Shown piece by piece: positions 1-13,139 of a stretch of DNA of 64,000 nt. Positions within the stretch are counted from its first letter, which is position 1. Each line of letters begins with the position of its first letter. This DNA comes from Rhynchobatus australiae (taxonomy: Eukaryota): positions 104,834,152-104,898,151 of the forward strand of contig JAUZTB010000087.1 in the NCBI GenBank assembly GCA_034780895.1. Direction: 5' to 3'. The position numbers and the translations under genes are program-made. The notes under the pieces are model-generated. The model did no database searches, had not been told where the DNA came from, and saw only the letters and a list, made by a program, of their open reading frames with translations.

Positions 1-100
1 GTAACTGCACTGTGTAATGAATTGACCTGTACGATCGGTATGCAAGACAAGTTTTTCACTGTACTTCGGTACAAGTGGCAATAATAAACCAATACCAATA
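1..100 (+). mobile_element. Rex1/Babar-type LINE 3' tail
   Basis: GTAACTGCACTGTGTAATGAATTGACCTGTACGATCGGTATGCAAGACAAG...AATAAACCAATACCAATA matches 18238-18338 and 41816-41917. Confidence 0.75.
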
Positions 101-1450
101 TCACTTTCCAGCATCTGCAGTTTCTCTTTTGTCTCCATATTTGTTTGCAATAGTTGTATCCAGCTTTGGGTGTTCTGAAGATGGTCTTAACCATGGAGAA
201 GTGTAAAAAATATGGACACATAGATCATTGGGAAGAGAGGCTTAGACCATGGTGAGAGACTACAGAAGTTTTATTAGGTTAATGGAGATGCTCAACATTT
301 TGAAGATTTTAACAAGGTAAATAGTGAAAAATTATTTCCACCAGTCAGTGGGTTATGGGAGGGTTTAAATTTAAGGTCACCTTTAATAGAATGAAAGAGA
401 AGTTAGGATCTTTTTGCATAGAGGGTTGTCAGAACTTGTAGTAAAACAAATATTGAATGTACAATTTTGGGGAGGTGGATAAATAAACTGGTTTATGGAA
501 AGTACTGAGAATGGACTAAGTTGGTGGCATTTCTAGTGAAATGATGCAGACCTTCCTTTCAGCGCTGGATTGCAAAGGAAATACTCAAAATGCTGCAAGT
601 AACATCATCAACAAACATAGTGCCTTGCTTGTAGGTGCACACTTCAGGTAGTGATACAGGCATTCCCATCAACAGGAATTGACTATTCCAATAGGGTTAT
701 TGAAAGCTGGGTTTTCTGTGAGTAAATAAGAACTGCTGTTCTTTGAAAACTTCACTGCGAGTGAATTTTATATGTTGTACTACAGTTGATGTTGTTGGGT
801 AAAATTTATATGAGAAAATAGGTCCAGGGTGAACAAAACCCCTGCCAAAGAATGAGGAGGTGAATTTCTCAACAAGCGCTAAGTCACCCAGAATTGTGCG
901 CAAATTTGCTCTGCTTGGGTTTGACAGAGGCAAATGACACACTTCCTTTTTGTTTTGGAACTATGTGATTGACTTTCTAGCCCACCCTGCTGTACATGAA
1001 GTGAGAGTTTTACATAAGTGGCACATTTCTCTGAAGTGGTGTGAAGCTGTCATGGGCTGTGGTAAAAAGTACTCATTCAGTAATCCAACTGGAGTCTAGC
1101 ACACTGCGGGCCAGCAGGAATAAACAGGTTGGCCAAGAGATTATATTGTTACATTGTTTGGGAATGTTTTACCGCCATTCCATTCAACTTATCTCCCCTT
1201 ATATCAAACCCTATATTGCAAGGTATGTGAATCTCTGATCAATTGTCACCTTGGAGCCAAACCATAGTAACTCAGTAAGCTGGTGATAAATCATTCTCGA
1301 TGTTTCTCCACAAAATACAACTTCATATGTAAAAGGAATGAGATGTTAACACAGTTAAGTCTGTGATTGGCATTGCCCTTAGAATGTTAACCAATAAAGA
1401 ACTGAAATCTTTGTAGTCCTTACTTGTCCTTATCAGTTTAAGGTTCTTAC

Positions 1451-1650
1451 CTTGAGTCCAGAAATATGAGTTTGAGGTCTAGACTGGCTCTGAACATGAA
1501 CATGTTGCTATGAAGTTTGATTTCAGTGATAGCGCTGGGTGGCAATGAGTGTCCCACTGCCACCAGTCCCACAATCTGGTAACAGCCATCATAGAGAGAC
1601 ACGTCAAAGACATACTGGCGTATTTTCAAATATCCACTGCAGTGGATAAC
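1451..1650 (-). CDS. SIM2: SIM2 coding exon 6 (into PAS-B)
   Basis: Acceptor CTGTAG, 200 nt encoding [66 protein letters not shown](R), donor GTAAGA. Later exons lie left of the window. Confidence 0.97.
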
Positions 1651-4184
1651 CTACAGAGAAGGAAGGTTTGATGTTGAACTATGCATGGTGTGATTATCTA
1701 AACGGACAGAAGAATCTAATTTTAAACCTGATCTATTTCTTTCAAAAGTTTCAAAGTAGGAACATTACTAAATAATACTAAGCAGTGCACTTATGTTAAT
1801 ATTAATTCCCAACAATATTTTTAGTAAAGGAATTTGACAAAGGAGGGCAAGTTAGGAGTGATACAGCCTCCTGACAATGCAATATGGAAGGAAGACAATG
1901 CATTGTACTTGCTGTTCATAACACATTGGTCAGTAGTGGAGATGGAAAGAATACCAAGAACACAAAAACCTTATTATCATGGTCTTTGCACTCTTATTAA
2001 TGGGAAATTTTTGGCCCATACTCCCAAGAAATCACTCACCTTGATCAGGATAGAAATTAATATGAATAATTAAAAAAGAAGAAACTACATGTAAAGAGAA
2101 TCTAATCCAGTTTTTCTGTTTAATAACTGAGCCAAGCCTTTAAAAAGGAGCTTGCGTAAACCTATGATTTAGAATGTGATTAAAGGTTGTTTGGATAACT
2201 ACGGACAGATGATTGAATGTTGTCTGTTGAGTGACGTTTCCTAAGCTGCTGGCATCAGGGAAATGTCACGCCAAGGACAGCAGCCCACCAGCGATCGATA
2301 ATGTAGAGTGCAGGGATAACTAGACACTTTTGAGTCTTCCCATGAGATCAGAACAAAGTTCCCAATTTTATTTTTGTAGAAGGTTGTTTGGTTCCATATT
2401 TATATTGTGTCTTGGCCCATATCTCAGAAATGTCTCAAAGTGCAATTAACTTGAAAGGAATTACATTGTACAGTTATCATTGTTATTTGCATATAACTGC
2501 ACAGTCTATGGAAGGAATAGATTTGTTAGCTAAGAGACTCCCATTCAATTAATCCTTTGTTATGACCATCTATATTTCAGCTTTAGATTTTTGCAATGGA
2601 CCAAAAATTGAACCAAATGATCTTATTAGAATTTTTTGGCTTCTTGGCATATTTAACCCCGTCAGTGACTTGCACCTGTCCTGTTTCATACAGTGTCACT
2701 CACCACCATCCTCTGTGGTGATGGTGGGAGAAAGATGGTGGAAAAAAAAACCTTCCAGAGCACTTCCACAAGAGTTGTTCTCAATCATATTTGCTGCCTT
2801 GTGTTAGTTTGTGGTGCATTATTTTAAATTATTGAAAGCTCTTCTTATCTTCTAGACTTTCCTTTTCTGTCGCCCATGAAGAGTGTGTGAGCTGGACTGC
2901 AATAGCTCCTGAATTGCATGCCCCGTAGATCACACTTCCTGACTGACTTATTTTTCCAGATTCCACTCTCCAGCTATGGTTGGAATGCAGACATTGGAAA
3001 ATTCAATTTCAGAAAAACCTGAAAAGAAGCTGGTAAATTAGAATAATCCAATAAAATACAAAAACCTCATTGTAATAGGATGTCGAGGCATATAACGCAT
3101 GCTGTGGTATGAAAGAAATTCAAGTTGGCAGATAGTCTCTATTTAGCCATCATTACTTGCTTGAACGGCCATATAATCTTACTTATAAGGGAAACCATCC
3201 AAGCTCCCTGTTGGGTCTGTTGATTAATGTACTTCCTAATTCAGAACTGAGTCATGGAGATGAACAAAGGGAGCAGATCCTATTCCTGACCTTTTCTACT
3301 GATTTAACTAATCTAAGGTGTTAATAAGCTCCAACTGGTATTTGTAGTCCTTGGCTAGAAACTTTGGCTGAGTAGGAACAAACTAGCTAAACTATCAATT
3401 ATTGGGAAGCAATGTATCAGTGTTCTTGTCATACTCCAGTGAGTACCTAGTTAATCAGATTCACACTGGGTCCGTATTTGGAAGGGAGACCATTAGATCT
3501 AATAGGCTTGCTGCAAATGATCCAGCCAGAAGATAGAATTCAATAAGGAACGCAGCCGTACTACAACGTGCATGCTGAACATATTTCTTAGTATTCAGTG
3601 AGGTCTCTTAAAAAATTCCTGTGCATGGTCATAAAGTTGTTGCAGGTAGAGTGGAGCTGTGGAATATTGGGAAGTGTACAAATATTTACACCCCCACAGT
3701 ATAAGTTGGTCTTGCATCTGTACCTTGCATGCTGCAGTATGCTTGCATGCTCCATCGCTGAAATTTACATAACATAGACATTCAAGACAACATGCAATCT
3801 CTGATGATTTCCAAATAAGTAATAGACAAGAGAGGTAATTTTAATATTTGGTCCAAGAATAAGATAATATCACTTCAGAGCCCTGCATCATTTTTCCTAG
3901 CAATGGAATTCACACAAAGTGTGGAAATAAACTATAAAGTGCAGAAGTAAAACTCAAGTACGACTCTCACTTTATTGATGATGAGTAGTTTGTATTTCTG
4001 TGCAGTGTTATCTTATTTCTATATCGATAGGTATATCATAGCAGTACCCATCAGGGGATGCCTGTGATTGGACCATGTCATTTAATAACACATGATATTG
4101 TTTTGTTATTGCTTATTTAGAATTACTGCACACCTTTATTAAATGTGTTTTACAGTGCAAGTTAGTATGTATATTTTTAATTGT

Positions 4185-4870
4185 CGTATCTTTTAGGATC
4201 TGGGCATCACTGGGAAGGCCAGCATTTATTACCCATCCTTAATTATCCTTGAACTGAGTGATTTTTTTTGGGGCATTTAATAGTCAATTATGTTAGTGTG
4301 TTGGGAGTCACGTGTTGTCACTCTAGGTAGGTATGCCATATTTCCTCTCCTGAAGGAGATTATTGTAAAAACCCATTTGGTTCACTAATCCAATAGTTTC
4401 ATTGTCTTTTTATTGAGTCATATAGCTCGGAAACAGGCCCTTTGGCCCAAATGGTCCATGCTGACCAAGTTAGTCCTATTTGATAGAGTCAGTTACAGGA
4501 CAGCTGAAGCCCCCAGTAACATGGACACATTGCAGTGCAAGGGAGGCCACTGCCCACTGTTGCCCTGATGCCAATCTACACCCACCCAGCCCAAGCAGGA
4601 GGCCGCTTGCTCATGGCTCCTTGCAGGCAGACGGTCTGCTGCCTGCTGCTGCTTGCTGCTGCCCACCTTGCCCCACTTGAAGGGCGGCGCTAACGTTCAC
4701 GGCCCCGCCCGTGGTCTTGACAACTAATGACAAGTCTTTTTTTGTTTTTAGTTCCAGATCATCAAGTGAATTTAAATTCTGCAGCCGCATTAGAGAGGTT
4801 TGAGTTTGGTTCTCTGGACAGTTAGTTATTATTAATTATTAGTCCAGCAATCTAACAGGATCACCACCAT
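4185..4870 (-). mobile_element. Same SINE family as 16780-17155, split by a nested insertion
   Basis: GGCCAGCATTTATTACCCATCCTTAATT tail at ~4217-4245, core to ~4410, head at ~4735-4870. Between them lie a CR1 tail (4415-4480) and a GC-rich segment. Confidence 0.55.
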
Positions 4871-5439
4871 CCTGTTCTACAATCCACAAACTTTGATATT
4901 GTCAAATAATCTTGGATCTCCCTGAGATCAAGTCTCAAGCAAATATACAACAGCAAAAGCTGTTCTGATACTAACTTCTATAAATCCACTTCAGATCTGT
5001 CTCCAGAGAGATAATGTAGCAAAGCAGAGTTTTTAGGTATTGGTTCCAAGGCCACTAACTGAGAGCAAAATGAAGAAACCAAACACATATAAAAACTTTC
5101 CTTGTCTGAAACTGATTTGATGATTCATGAGTGATAAAACCATTCATGATTTACAGCTGATCTGATGAAAAGGAGAAATGTTTTTCTGATTTTCACCCTT
5201 TTTACTGAAGAAACACGTTCCTGCTGGGATATGGCCCGACTGCTGTCATCAATCCTACGTTACCAAAGTAGTCAGCAGTTTATTTGACTGGAGGGGACTA
5301 TCAGACAAGCACAGACTTGTCCACAACACATCTTTACTTTCCAGTAAGTTGGTAACAAGGATCAGGACCATCAAAACAGTGAATTAGTTTTCATTACTAT
5401 TGTTAATAATATGTATTGGTGGGCAAGCATTCAATTGAA

Positions 5440-5635
5440 CAAAGTCCTTAGCTTAGGGACTCTTCTCCAAACCTCTCTACGGCTCTTTACTCTGTTAAGA
5501 TATTTCCTAAAATCCAACTTTGACCAAGACTGCCCTAGTATGTGGCTCAGTGTTAAATTTTCTCTCTCAGTGAAGCACTTTGGGATATTTTAATAAATTA
5601 AAGGCACTTTACAAAGTTTATAAAGATGTTGTAAC
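5440..5635 (+). mobile_element. L2-type LINE 3' end remnant
   Basis: CCTAAAATCCAACTTTGACCAAG...TGTGGCTCAGTGTTAAATTT...GTGAAGCACTTTGGGATATTT...TTAAAGGCAC, with a similar copy at ~49700-49860. Confidence 0.5.
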
Positions 5636-5850
5636 TTGAAAATACTGTACAACTAATGTGGTGTTAATAAAAAAGAAATAATACAATTTCTTGAAATATG
5701 TTTTCTTACTGGTGTCCTCAGAAAAGAGTGCTATGTCGTCATCTTAATCAAGCAAGCAGTGGGGTATCTCCCAAAGGAAGAATCAAGTGATTATAAACTT
5801 GACCACAGTATTTTTACATATTACTTGTGTGTACCCTTTTCAACTTATTA

Positions 5851-6003
<153 letters not shown>

Positions 6004-6814
6004 TCATGGAATGTTATTGTACAAGAGCCACAGGACTATCGCCACTCAGAAAAATGCCTATTTTATTATGATTTTTATTATTACTATTTGTTCTCTGGAT
6101 GTGGATGATGCTGTATGGCCAGGTATATGGCCCACAGTTCCCCTAAGAAGGGGTGGTGGACCACTTTACTCCTGAAATATAAAAAGATAAGTATACTTTC
6201 ATGCATCATATGGAACTGTATTGGTCAAAGATTACATGTTAGTGCAAAGTATTCTAGGCATTCATGCTTGTACATTTTTCTTGATATTGTAAGACATACC
6301 CTGATTTACTAGAGATTTAACTGTTCTGGGTTTTTTAATATGAATGCATATTTTTAATTAAAATGTGAGAACTCAATTGAATAGCATCAAATTGAAGGGT
6401 GCAGAAATCCTTATTGGGGGTAAGAGGATGAGTGCCGTTGTGGTGAAGGGTGGGCAAAAGGAGAATTGTATGGGAAGTGAGTGAGCTATACGGGAATTTT
6501 TTACCTTTATGTCATTTTAATAAACCGTTGAAGGAGTTAAATAAGTTGTGAAGGTCACACCTTGAAGTCTAATGTGGTGCATCTGGGCAGAAGATGAGAG
6601 GAACTAAAAGGAAATTATGACTGCATTTTTTTAGGAATAATCAAACTCTTTTAGATATTTGTGATGCCTACTGGTTTTATTTATATGAATTTAACAAAAG
6701 GATGGTTTGGACTAACATCTTGAGTCTACATCATCACTAATGTCATTTTTTTTAAAGAACTGTGTCAGTGATGTGCTGAAAGGCAGTGAAGTAGTTGTTA
6801 AAACATTTTCATTC

Positions 6815-7100
6815 AAAACAAGGGTAGGAGAGTCTAAAACTAGAGGGCAAAGGTTTGAGCTGAGAGGGGAGGAATCTAAAGGAGATCTTGAGGGGCAAGT
6901 TTTTCACACAAAGGATGGTAGGTATATGAGCTGCCAAGGAGGTGGTGGAGGCAGATACAATTACAATGTTTAAGAGGCATTTGATCAAGAAAGTAATAGA
7001 GGGATTTGGGCCTAATGCAGGCAAATGGGATTGGCCTAGACAGTCAGCATGGATGAGTTGGGCTGAAGGGCCCACTTCTGTGCTCTATGGCTCTATTACT
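6815..7100 (+). mobile_element. CR1 LINE 3' end
   Basis: ESKTRGQRFELRGE...FFTQR-like remnant and tail GGGCTGAAGGGCCC...CTGTGCTCTATGGCTCTAT. Confidence 0.8.
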
Positions 7101-7978
7101 TATTCAGGAAATTGATTCCATTCTTGAGATTTTTAAACAAACTTCCAAACTAATCCTTTTCTAAACTTGAAAAGGGTTATTGGGATCAGAGACTTTGAAT
7201 ATATCACTAAAAAAAAGGCCCATCTGTGGAAACACTTGTTAATCCCAATGGAATAATCCCAATTATTCATTGGCTTTAAGATTTGGTCTGCCTCCCAAAC
7301 AGCACTGTTGGGTTTTGGCTGCATGGCTGGTGGTGACTGGACTATTACGACAGATTATTTACCTCAGCAAAACCTACTGTAACAAAACCACTGTTATCAG
7401 GTGATTGTCAAAAGAAGTACAATCTGTACTCCCTAGTTTTGCCTTTGTTGTGTAATTTGCTGCGTGCTTCAGTGATTATAGACAGATAGCCACTGAATCA
7501 CATCTGTGCTCCTGACTCTTACTTTCATTGAAATAACCAGGATAATGTTCTGGCAGCAGCATTGATTCCAATGCTTCATAAGGAAATACCTTCCAAGCCA
7601 ATGAATAAACATAGACACATGTTTCTGGATAAGTGTGGTAGATTACTGAGGAGGCTTATTTTTAAAAAGATCTCAGTAAACTCTTACAAATAGCTGGCAC
7701 TTCTGATCTGTATTGAATAATGCCAGATATAACATCAGCAGTTATAAATTTGTACATTAGTGAGCTGTTTTTGTTTTCCTGATTCATGCTGGGACCGCAA
7801 TTCCATCAATGAAGGTATTTCTCCATCTGTGCAGATATGGTTGAATTAATGAGGATGGGCAGAATCCACATGGCCACTGAACGGCCTGCTAACATGGATA
7901 TTCTATGTAATTCTACACAGTAGCATACCCCATGCCCAAAATAACTTGTGGTAATTAGAAAACTGATTGAGTTGGTAA

Positions 7979-8320
7979 ATTGGTTTATCATTGTCATGTA
8001 TTCAGGTACAGTGAAAAACTTTGTTTTACATGCAATCCATACAGATCATTTCATCGCATCAGTATATTGAGGTAGTACAAGGGAACAGCAATAACAGAAT
8101 GCAGAATATAGTGCTACAGTTACAGTTACAGAGAAAGTGCAGTGCAGATAGACAATAAGGTGCAAGGCCAGGATGAGGTAGATTGCGAGGTCAAGAGTAT
8201 GTGTCTGGATTGGATGTTTTCTGTGGTGCATCTATAAAAATTGGTGACGGTCAACAGGGACATCTGAATTTTTTTAGTCTCCTGAGGAAGTAGAGGCCTG
8301 GTGCACTTTCTTGGCCATGG
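7979..8320 (-). mobile_element. Older Rex1/Babar-type LINE fragment with internal deletion
   Basis: Reverse complement of a related 3'UTR (7979-8198), joined to an ORF remnant ...MSLLTVTNFYRCTTENI (the LTNFYRCTIESIL motif). Confidence 0.65.
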
Positions 8321-9879
8321 CATCTGATTAGTTAAATCAAATTTATAAAATGGTACAAAAACAAAACACTCAGGATGCTGGAAGTTTATATATAGCACAA
8401 AATACTTGAACTACTCAGGTCAGGCAGCATCTGACCTGCTGAGATATAACCTGATCTTCTGTTTTAATAATTTACAAAACCTACACTATTAAAAGAAATT
8501 TTAATAGTTGTTGCCTGACCTGCCAGGTATTCCAGCATTTTCTGTATTTCCTATAAATAAGGAGTCCAGTTATATTCTGTACTACATAAATGCCGGCAAG
8601 TTGTAGATGCATCATCTTTCTCCAGTGCTTGGTTACACCAAGGGACCAACTTGGAGGGAGCAGCACCACTCACTATATTTGCTTTGCTAGCTGCACGAGA
8701 CATATGTTTTTGTGAACTGTGTTTGTGCTCTAAATATTTACCTGAGAGTCACTAATTTTGAATAACATGGGTTAACATCTAACCTTGGACTGGTGGCTTG
8801 CATGGTGGACTTGATCCTTTCTTTAATGAAATATTTTCCAACCTGTCTTTGGTTGAAGGCAATACAGGTTTGCTTGTTGCCTTGTCCAAGCCTTCACATG
8901 TTGCTGTTTTGATGTTTCATTGAAGCATACTTGGTGTAAAATTTTTAGTTCTATGGTAAGTTTTCAGACACTATTATTCAGTGCTACCCGATATAAATGC
9001 CACTTGATTTTGGAATCAAGTAACTTTGGAGTGGTTTGTAATCAGTGATGATTGACAGTAGCAAAAGCTTTAAATTGGGTGTTCGCTGCCACATTAGAGC
9101 ACCTTTGTTATCGCTATGAAATGGAACAGGTGTCACTGTTTGTAACAATTTTAAAGTAGGACAGGTTTGTTAATTTAATTGATGATTGATTGTAATTGGC
9201 ACCATGAAATAGAGAAGAAACAGGTGCTGGTGTCAGCAACTCTCAGCAATCACATGTGTTAACTGTCTCCTGGCATCTTTCTGTTTAGACTCCTGCTNNN
9301 NNNNNNNNNNNNNNNNNNNNNNNNNNNNNNNNNNNNNNNNNNNNNNNNNNNNNNNNNNNNNNNNNNNNNNNNNNNNNNNNNNNNNNNNNNNNNNNNNGAG
9401 TCTTGTTATTCAAGTCACCAGTTCAACTCAATCCAAATCTTCTCTCACATCCAGATCTTGCATGAACCTCACACCTTTAGTCTGAAGAAACTAAATGAAA
9501 GAGGAAAAGTATGAAGTGTCTCTGGGATAAAATTGTAAACAATAAGGCCTGAATGTGTTGCTGAGTAGGAGTAGTGTGGCAAGTCCCTCCACTAACCCAA
9601 TGTAAGCAATACCATTCCCTGACCTGCAATGTCTTGAATGACTAAGTAACTTTGGGTTGAACTGCTACAGTCCAGAGGATTAAAATCAGAGTCCGTTTTA
9701 TGTGCAATGATCTTACACTCCTTGCTGCTCAGATTAATTTGGCTGAATGCACATGAGGTATGTCCTCTGTGCTGTGAATACGTGGTACTCATCTGTCACA
9801 GAGCCGATGATGTCCCCATCCTGACTACCTCTGCTCCCCAATTCTCCCTGTAGTGCCCACTGCTTCACTTAATGTTGTA

Positions 9880-11050
9880 CTTTCAATGCCTGCACCACAA
9901 AAATGAAGAAGCTCCAGGTCCCACGTTTGGTCTTTCTTCTTTCTTTGGCAATTCCTCTGATTTCAGGATGACTTGCTACCACTCCAGTTCTGTGGGTTCT
10001 GATGTGGTTGCTGAGGTCAGTTTGTGGTCCACAGACTATGCCAGAGATGGGGCAGGAAGTACCTGATGGAATGGGCAGATTGGTAGTTTGGGAAGTGATT
10101 TGCTCCTGACACATGGGTCAAGTTCTCCATATCATCCTGAATGATCCTTCTGCATGAGCCAGAGATTCCCACGAGTTGGCAGGGATGGTACACTTTTTCA
10201 AGGGGGTTTTGAGTACATCCTTGAATCTTTTCCTCTGTTGACCTAGTAACCTCTTCCTTTGACTGAGCTCAGTATAGAATGTCTCTTCTGGAAGTCTGGT
10301 ATCGGGCTTGCTAATGATATGGCCTGCCTAATGGATCTGACTGAGTGTAATTTGTGTCTCGATGCTTGGTAATACTGTCAATGGATGATTTGCAGAGGCA
10401 GTGTTGGTGTCATCTCTCTGGTGCTTCGAGGCAATATCCACAGGTAGCCCAGGTCTCTGAAGATTACAGAAGAGCAAGGATCAGTGCTGCCCAGTAGACC
10501 ATGAGCTCTGAGATCTTGAGCCTCAGTATTTTGCTTGGATGTCCAAAGGCAGTCCATATTTTTCGGGGTCTCATCATGGACCATCATTGACAGGGGATGG
10601 TGTTGTACAGTGGAGACAGGTTGGTGGAGGACTTTTCCTTTGTATATGCCCTTTCTCTCATATGATTCAGTGAAGATGGGACTCAGCTCCTGAATGGGTA
10701 TATATTGCATCATCTGCACACTTCAGCTTGATGATTGAAGTTGGAGTGACCTTGGTTCTGGAATAGAGGCAACGTATGTTGAACAGTCTCTCATGTGTCT
10801 TAGTGGTGATGAAGTGCAGTACAATAAGGAGAAAGGTTAAGAGAAGTATTAGGGTACAATGTAGCCTTGGTTGACCTCAGTCTGCACTTGCAATTGGTCT
10901 GTTGAGGACCTATTGTTTAAGATCATGATTTGCATGCCATCATGAAGTAGATGCAAGATAAAGATCAACTTCTATCAAATTTAAGAAAGGATCCTCTGCC
11001 GTTCCTCACAATTAATGAAGTCAAAGGAATTTGTGGGTGAAAGAAGGCTA
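9880..11050 (-). mobile_element. Decayed RTE (BovB-like) LINE, RT region to 3' end
   Basis: Frameshifted remnants resembling AFFDL.KAFD, QV.TEVNQGY, QLRW.GH..RM and KRFKD, ending in an SNHIRTHRTG-like C-terminus and a GAAGAAAGA tail. Confidence 0.7.
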
Positions 11051-11349
11051 ATCCTGCTCCTGGCATTTCTCTTGGGGTTGGCCATGTGCCTTGGGCCTCC
11101 AGATGGAAGAGATCCACACTGTGATTCAGGGAACAGCTCTTTAGCAACTTGTTATTGGTGGTACCCAACCCCATCTATGTATATAGCCATGAGTGGAATG
11201 GTGATACATGTAATTGTTATGGTATTTGTGGTTGTCTGTTAATGCAAAAATGCACATCAAATGTTGTACTCAAGGGTATTATAGCTACCTCCATTGTTGA
11301 AACAGTATCCACCTTTATGGTTGTCATAGTGTAACACTTTGCACAATAG

Positions 11350-12580
11350 TACAATGATTGACTTTCATCCTTCAATATGAATCTTGGGATGTGGAGCATC
11401 AGGATGTTGATGAATGGTCCCAACAGCAGCAATGCTAAACATTGCTCTGCTTTCAGTGCCCAGGAACTCAAGCCTTTTAACATTGACATTGCTCTCCTGA
11501 ATGAGACAACACAGGTGTGAAATGGTCAATTCAAAGAACAAGGCAGTGGGTTCACCTTCTGGAAGAACAAGCTAGAAGAGGAATTCCTTTTACATGGAGT
11601 AGACATCGTCATCATGAGCTAAGCTCTGTGTGGGATAATTGACCATCCCATCACTGTCCAGCCCACTCAAACATGGCACCAGCATGCAGTGGTCATCAGC
11701 AGGTCCATCCCCACTCTTGAAGCTGCAAGTGAGGCTAAGGAAGACTTGTACTTTGAGCTTGAGTAAACACTGGTCCACGTCCCAGATGGAGACAAACCGA
11801 TCCTCTTGAGTGACTTCAATGCCCCAGTCAAAAGAGATGCAACCTTTTGACAAGGCATGATTGGCAAGGAGAGGATGGGGAGAACTAACTCCAGTTGAAT
11901 CATCCTCCTGATAAAATCTTCTTTGTTTGGTATATTCAACATCCAAAACAAAAGACCCTTACTGAAATGCAATAACCCTGACTGAAATGTTGTTACAAGA
12001 ATATCAATGTTAAGAAGCCCACAAAGATAGCTCGTCTCGGACTACACCCCACAGACAACCTGAGACCCCAGCTAACAGGTGCGGAGAGTGTCTGAAATGT
12101 CTGGATTGCCCTGAAATCCACCATAATTAACATCTTTGAAGAGTCTCTTGGCTTTTCTACCAGAGAGGAGTGGGACTGGTTTATTGAGAATGACTGAGAA
12201 ATCCAGAAAATAATTGCAAGGTGTTCATGGAATGGAAACTCAAGCATGCCTCAAGGGAAAAGTAATAACTCTGCAGGCACCTAAAGGCATTGATCCAACA
12301 GGGGACACCTAGCCTAANNNNNNNNNNNNNNNNNNNNNNCCTGCCACTCACTCAGCACATGCAGAGATCTTTCAGCACTGTCAAGGCTGTCTCTACCCCA
12401 AATATCCCGGAGCCCCACCTGCTGAGAGCCAAGAACAGAAGTGAATTTCTCAAGGGCAAGGTACCATTTATGATTCACAGGAAGGAACACCCTTGACTCA
12501 GTCTCACAAAAAGAAGGCTTTCATCCAATACTGCCACTACCTACAACTGATGAAAAGTTGAAAAGACTACATTGCAACAG
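11350..12580 (+). mobile_element. Decayed RTE LINE, endonuclease and linker region
   Basis: Remnants of NIDIALLNET, GQFKEQGSGFTFW, HAVVISRSIPTLEA..EAKEDLY and PDGDKPILLSDFNAPV, which are APE endonuclease motifs of RTE elements. Confidence 0.7.
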
Positions 12581-12719
12581 AAATGATCTCTACTGATATA
12601 GTTAGTGTCAAACAAGGCAGTAATTGGAAGATCAGAATTGTAAGGTGGGGGCAGTGGGATGGCTGTGGAGAAAACAACCCTGTTTCAATACTAAATAAAT
12701 AGCTTTCTCTCTGTGTTTA

Positions 12720-12880
12720 CGTGTATCCTTTCCTCCACTCTTTCTCCCCATCTCAAACCCTGCTTTATCTCTGACTTTAACCCTTCTGATGAAGCATCAT
12801 TGATCTGAAAGGTTAACACTGCTTTTCTCTCCACAGATGCTCCTGATCGACAGAGAATTTCTGGCAATTTTTGTGATCAT
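12720..12880 (+). mobile_element. Decayed Penelope-derived terminal repeat with hammerhead remnant
   Basis: CTGATGA-AGCATCATTGATCT-GAAAGGTTAAC at 12786-12817, preceded by a C/T-rich tract and followed by TTCTCTCCACAGATGCT. Confidence 0.65.
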
Positions 12881-13139
12881 TTAGCTTGGAGAGGGACTGA
12901 GAGAGAAAGTCTGTAAAACCAAAATGGTAGTGACATCAGTGGTAATAAGATAATGAGAATAGATCTATTAATAGATGATGAAGACTATCTACAAAGATGT
13001 CTCAATTTGTTCTTTGCTATATCTAGTATTTTAATCCCTTGTTTGTAGGAACAATTCTTACTGAACTATTTTTAAGTATAAGAGAGATATCAATAGTAAT
13101 TATGTTTCAATCAAGTTGCAATGACTTTAAATATGTATA

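Noticed and set aside
5154-5175. CTGATGA at 5162 (AGCTGATCTGATGAAAAGGAGAAATG) as another hammerhead
   Set aside because: No stem II can form before GAAA and the family body sequence does not follow, so this is a chance match.
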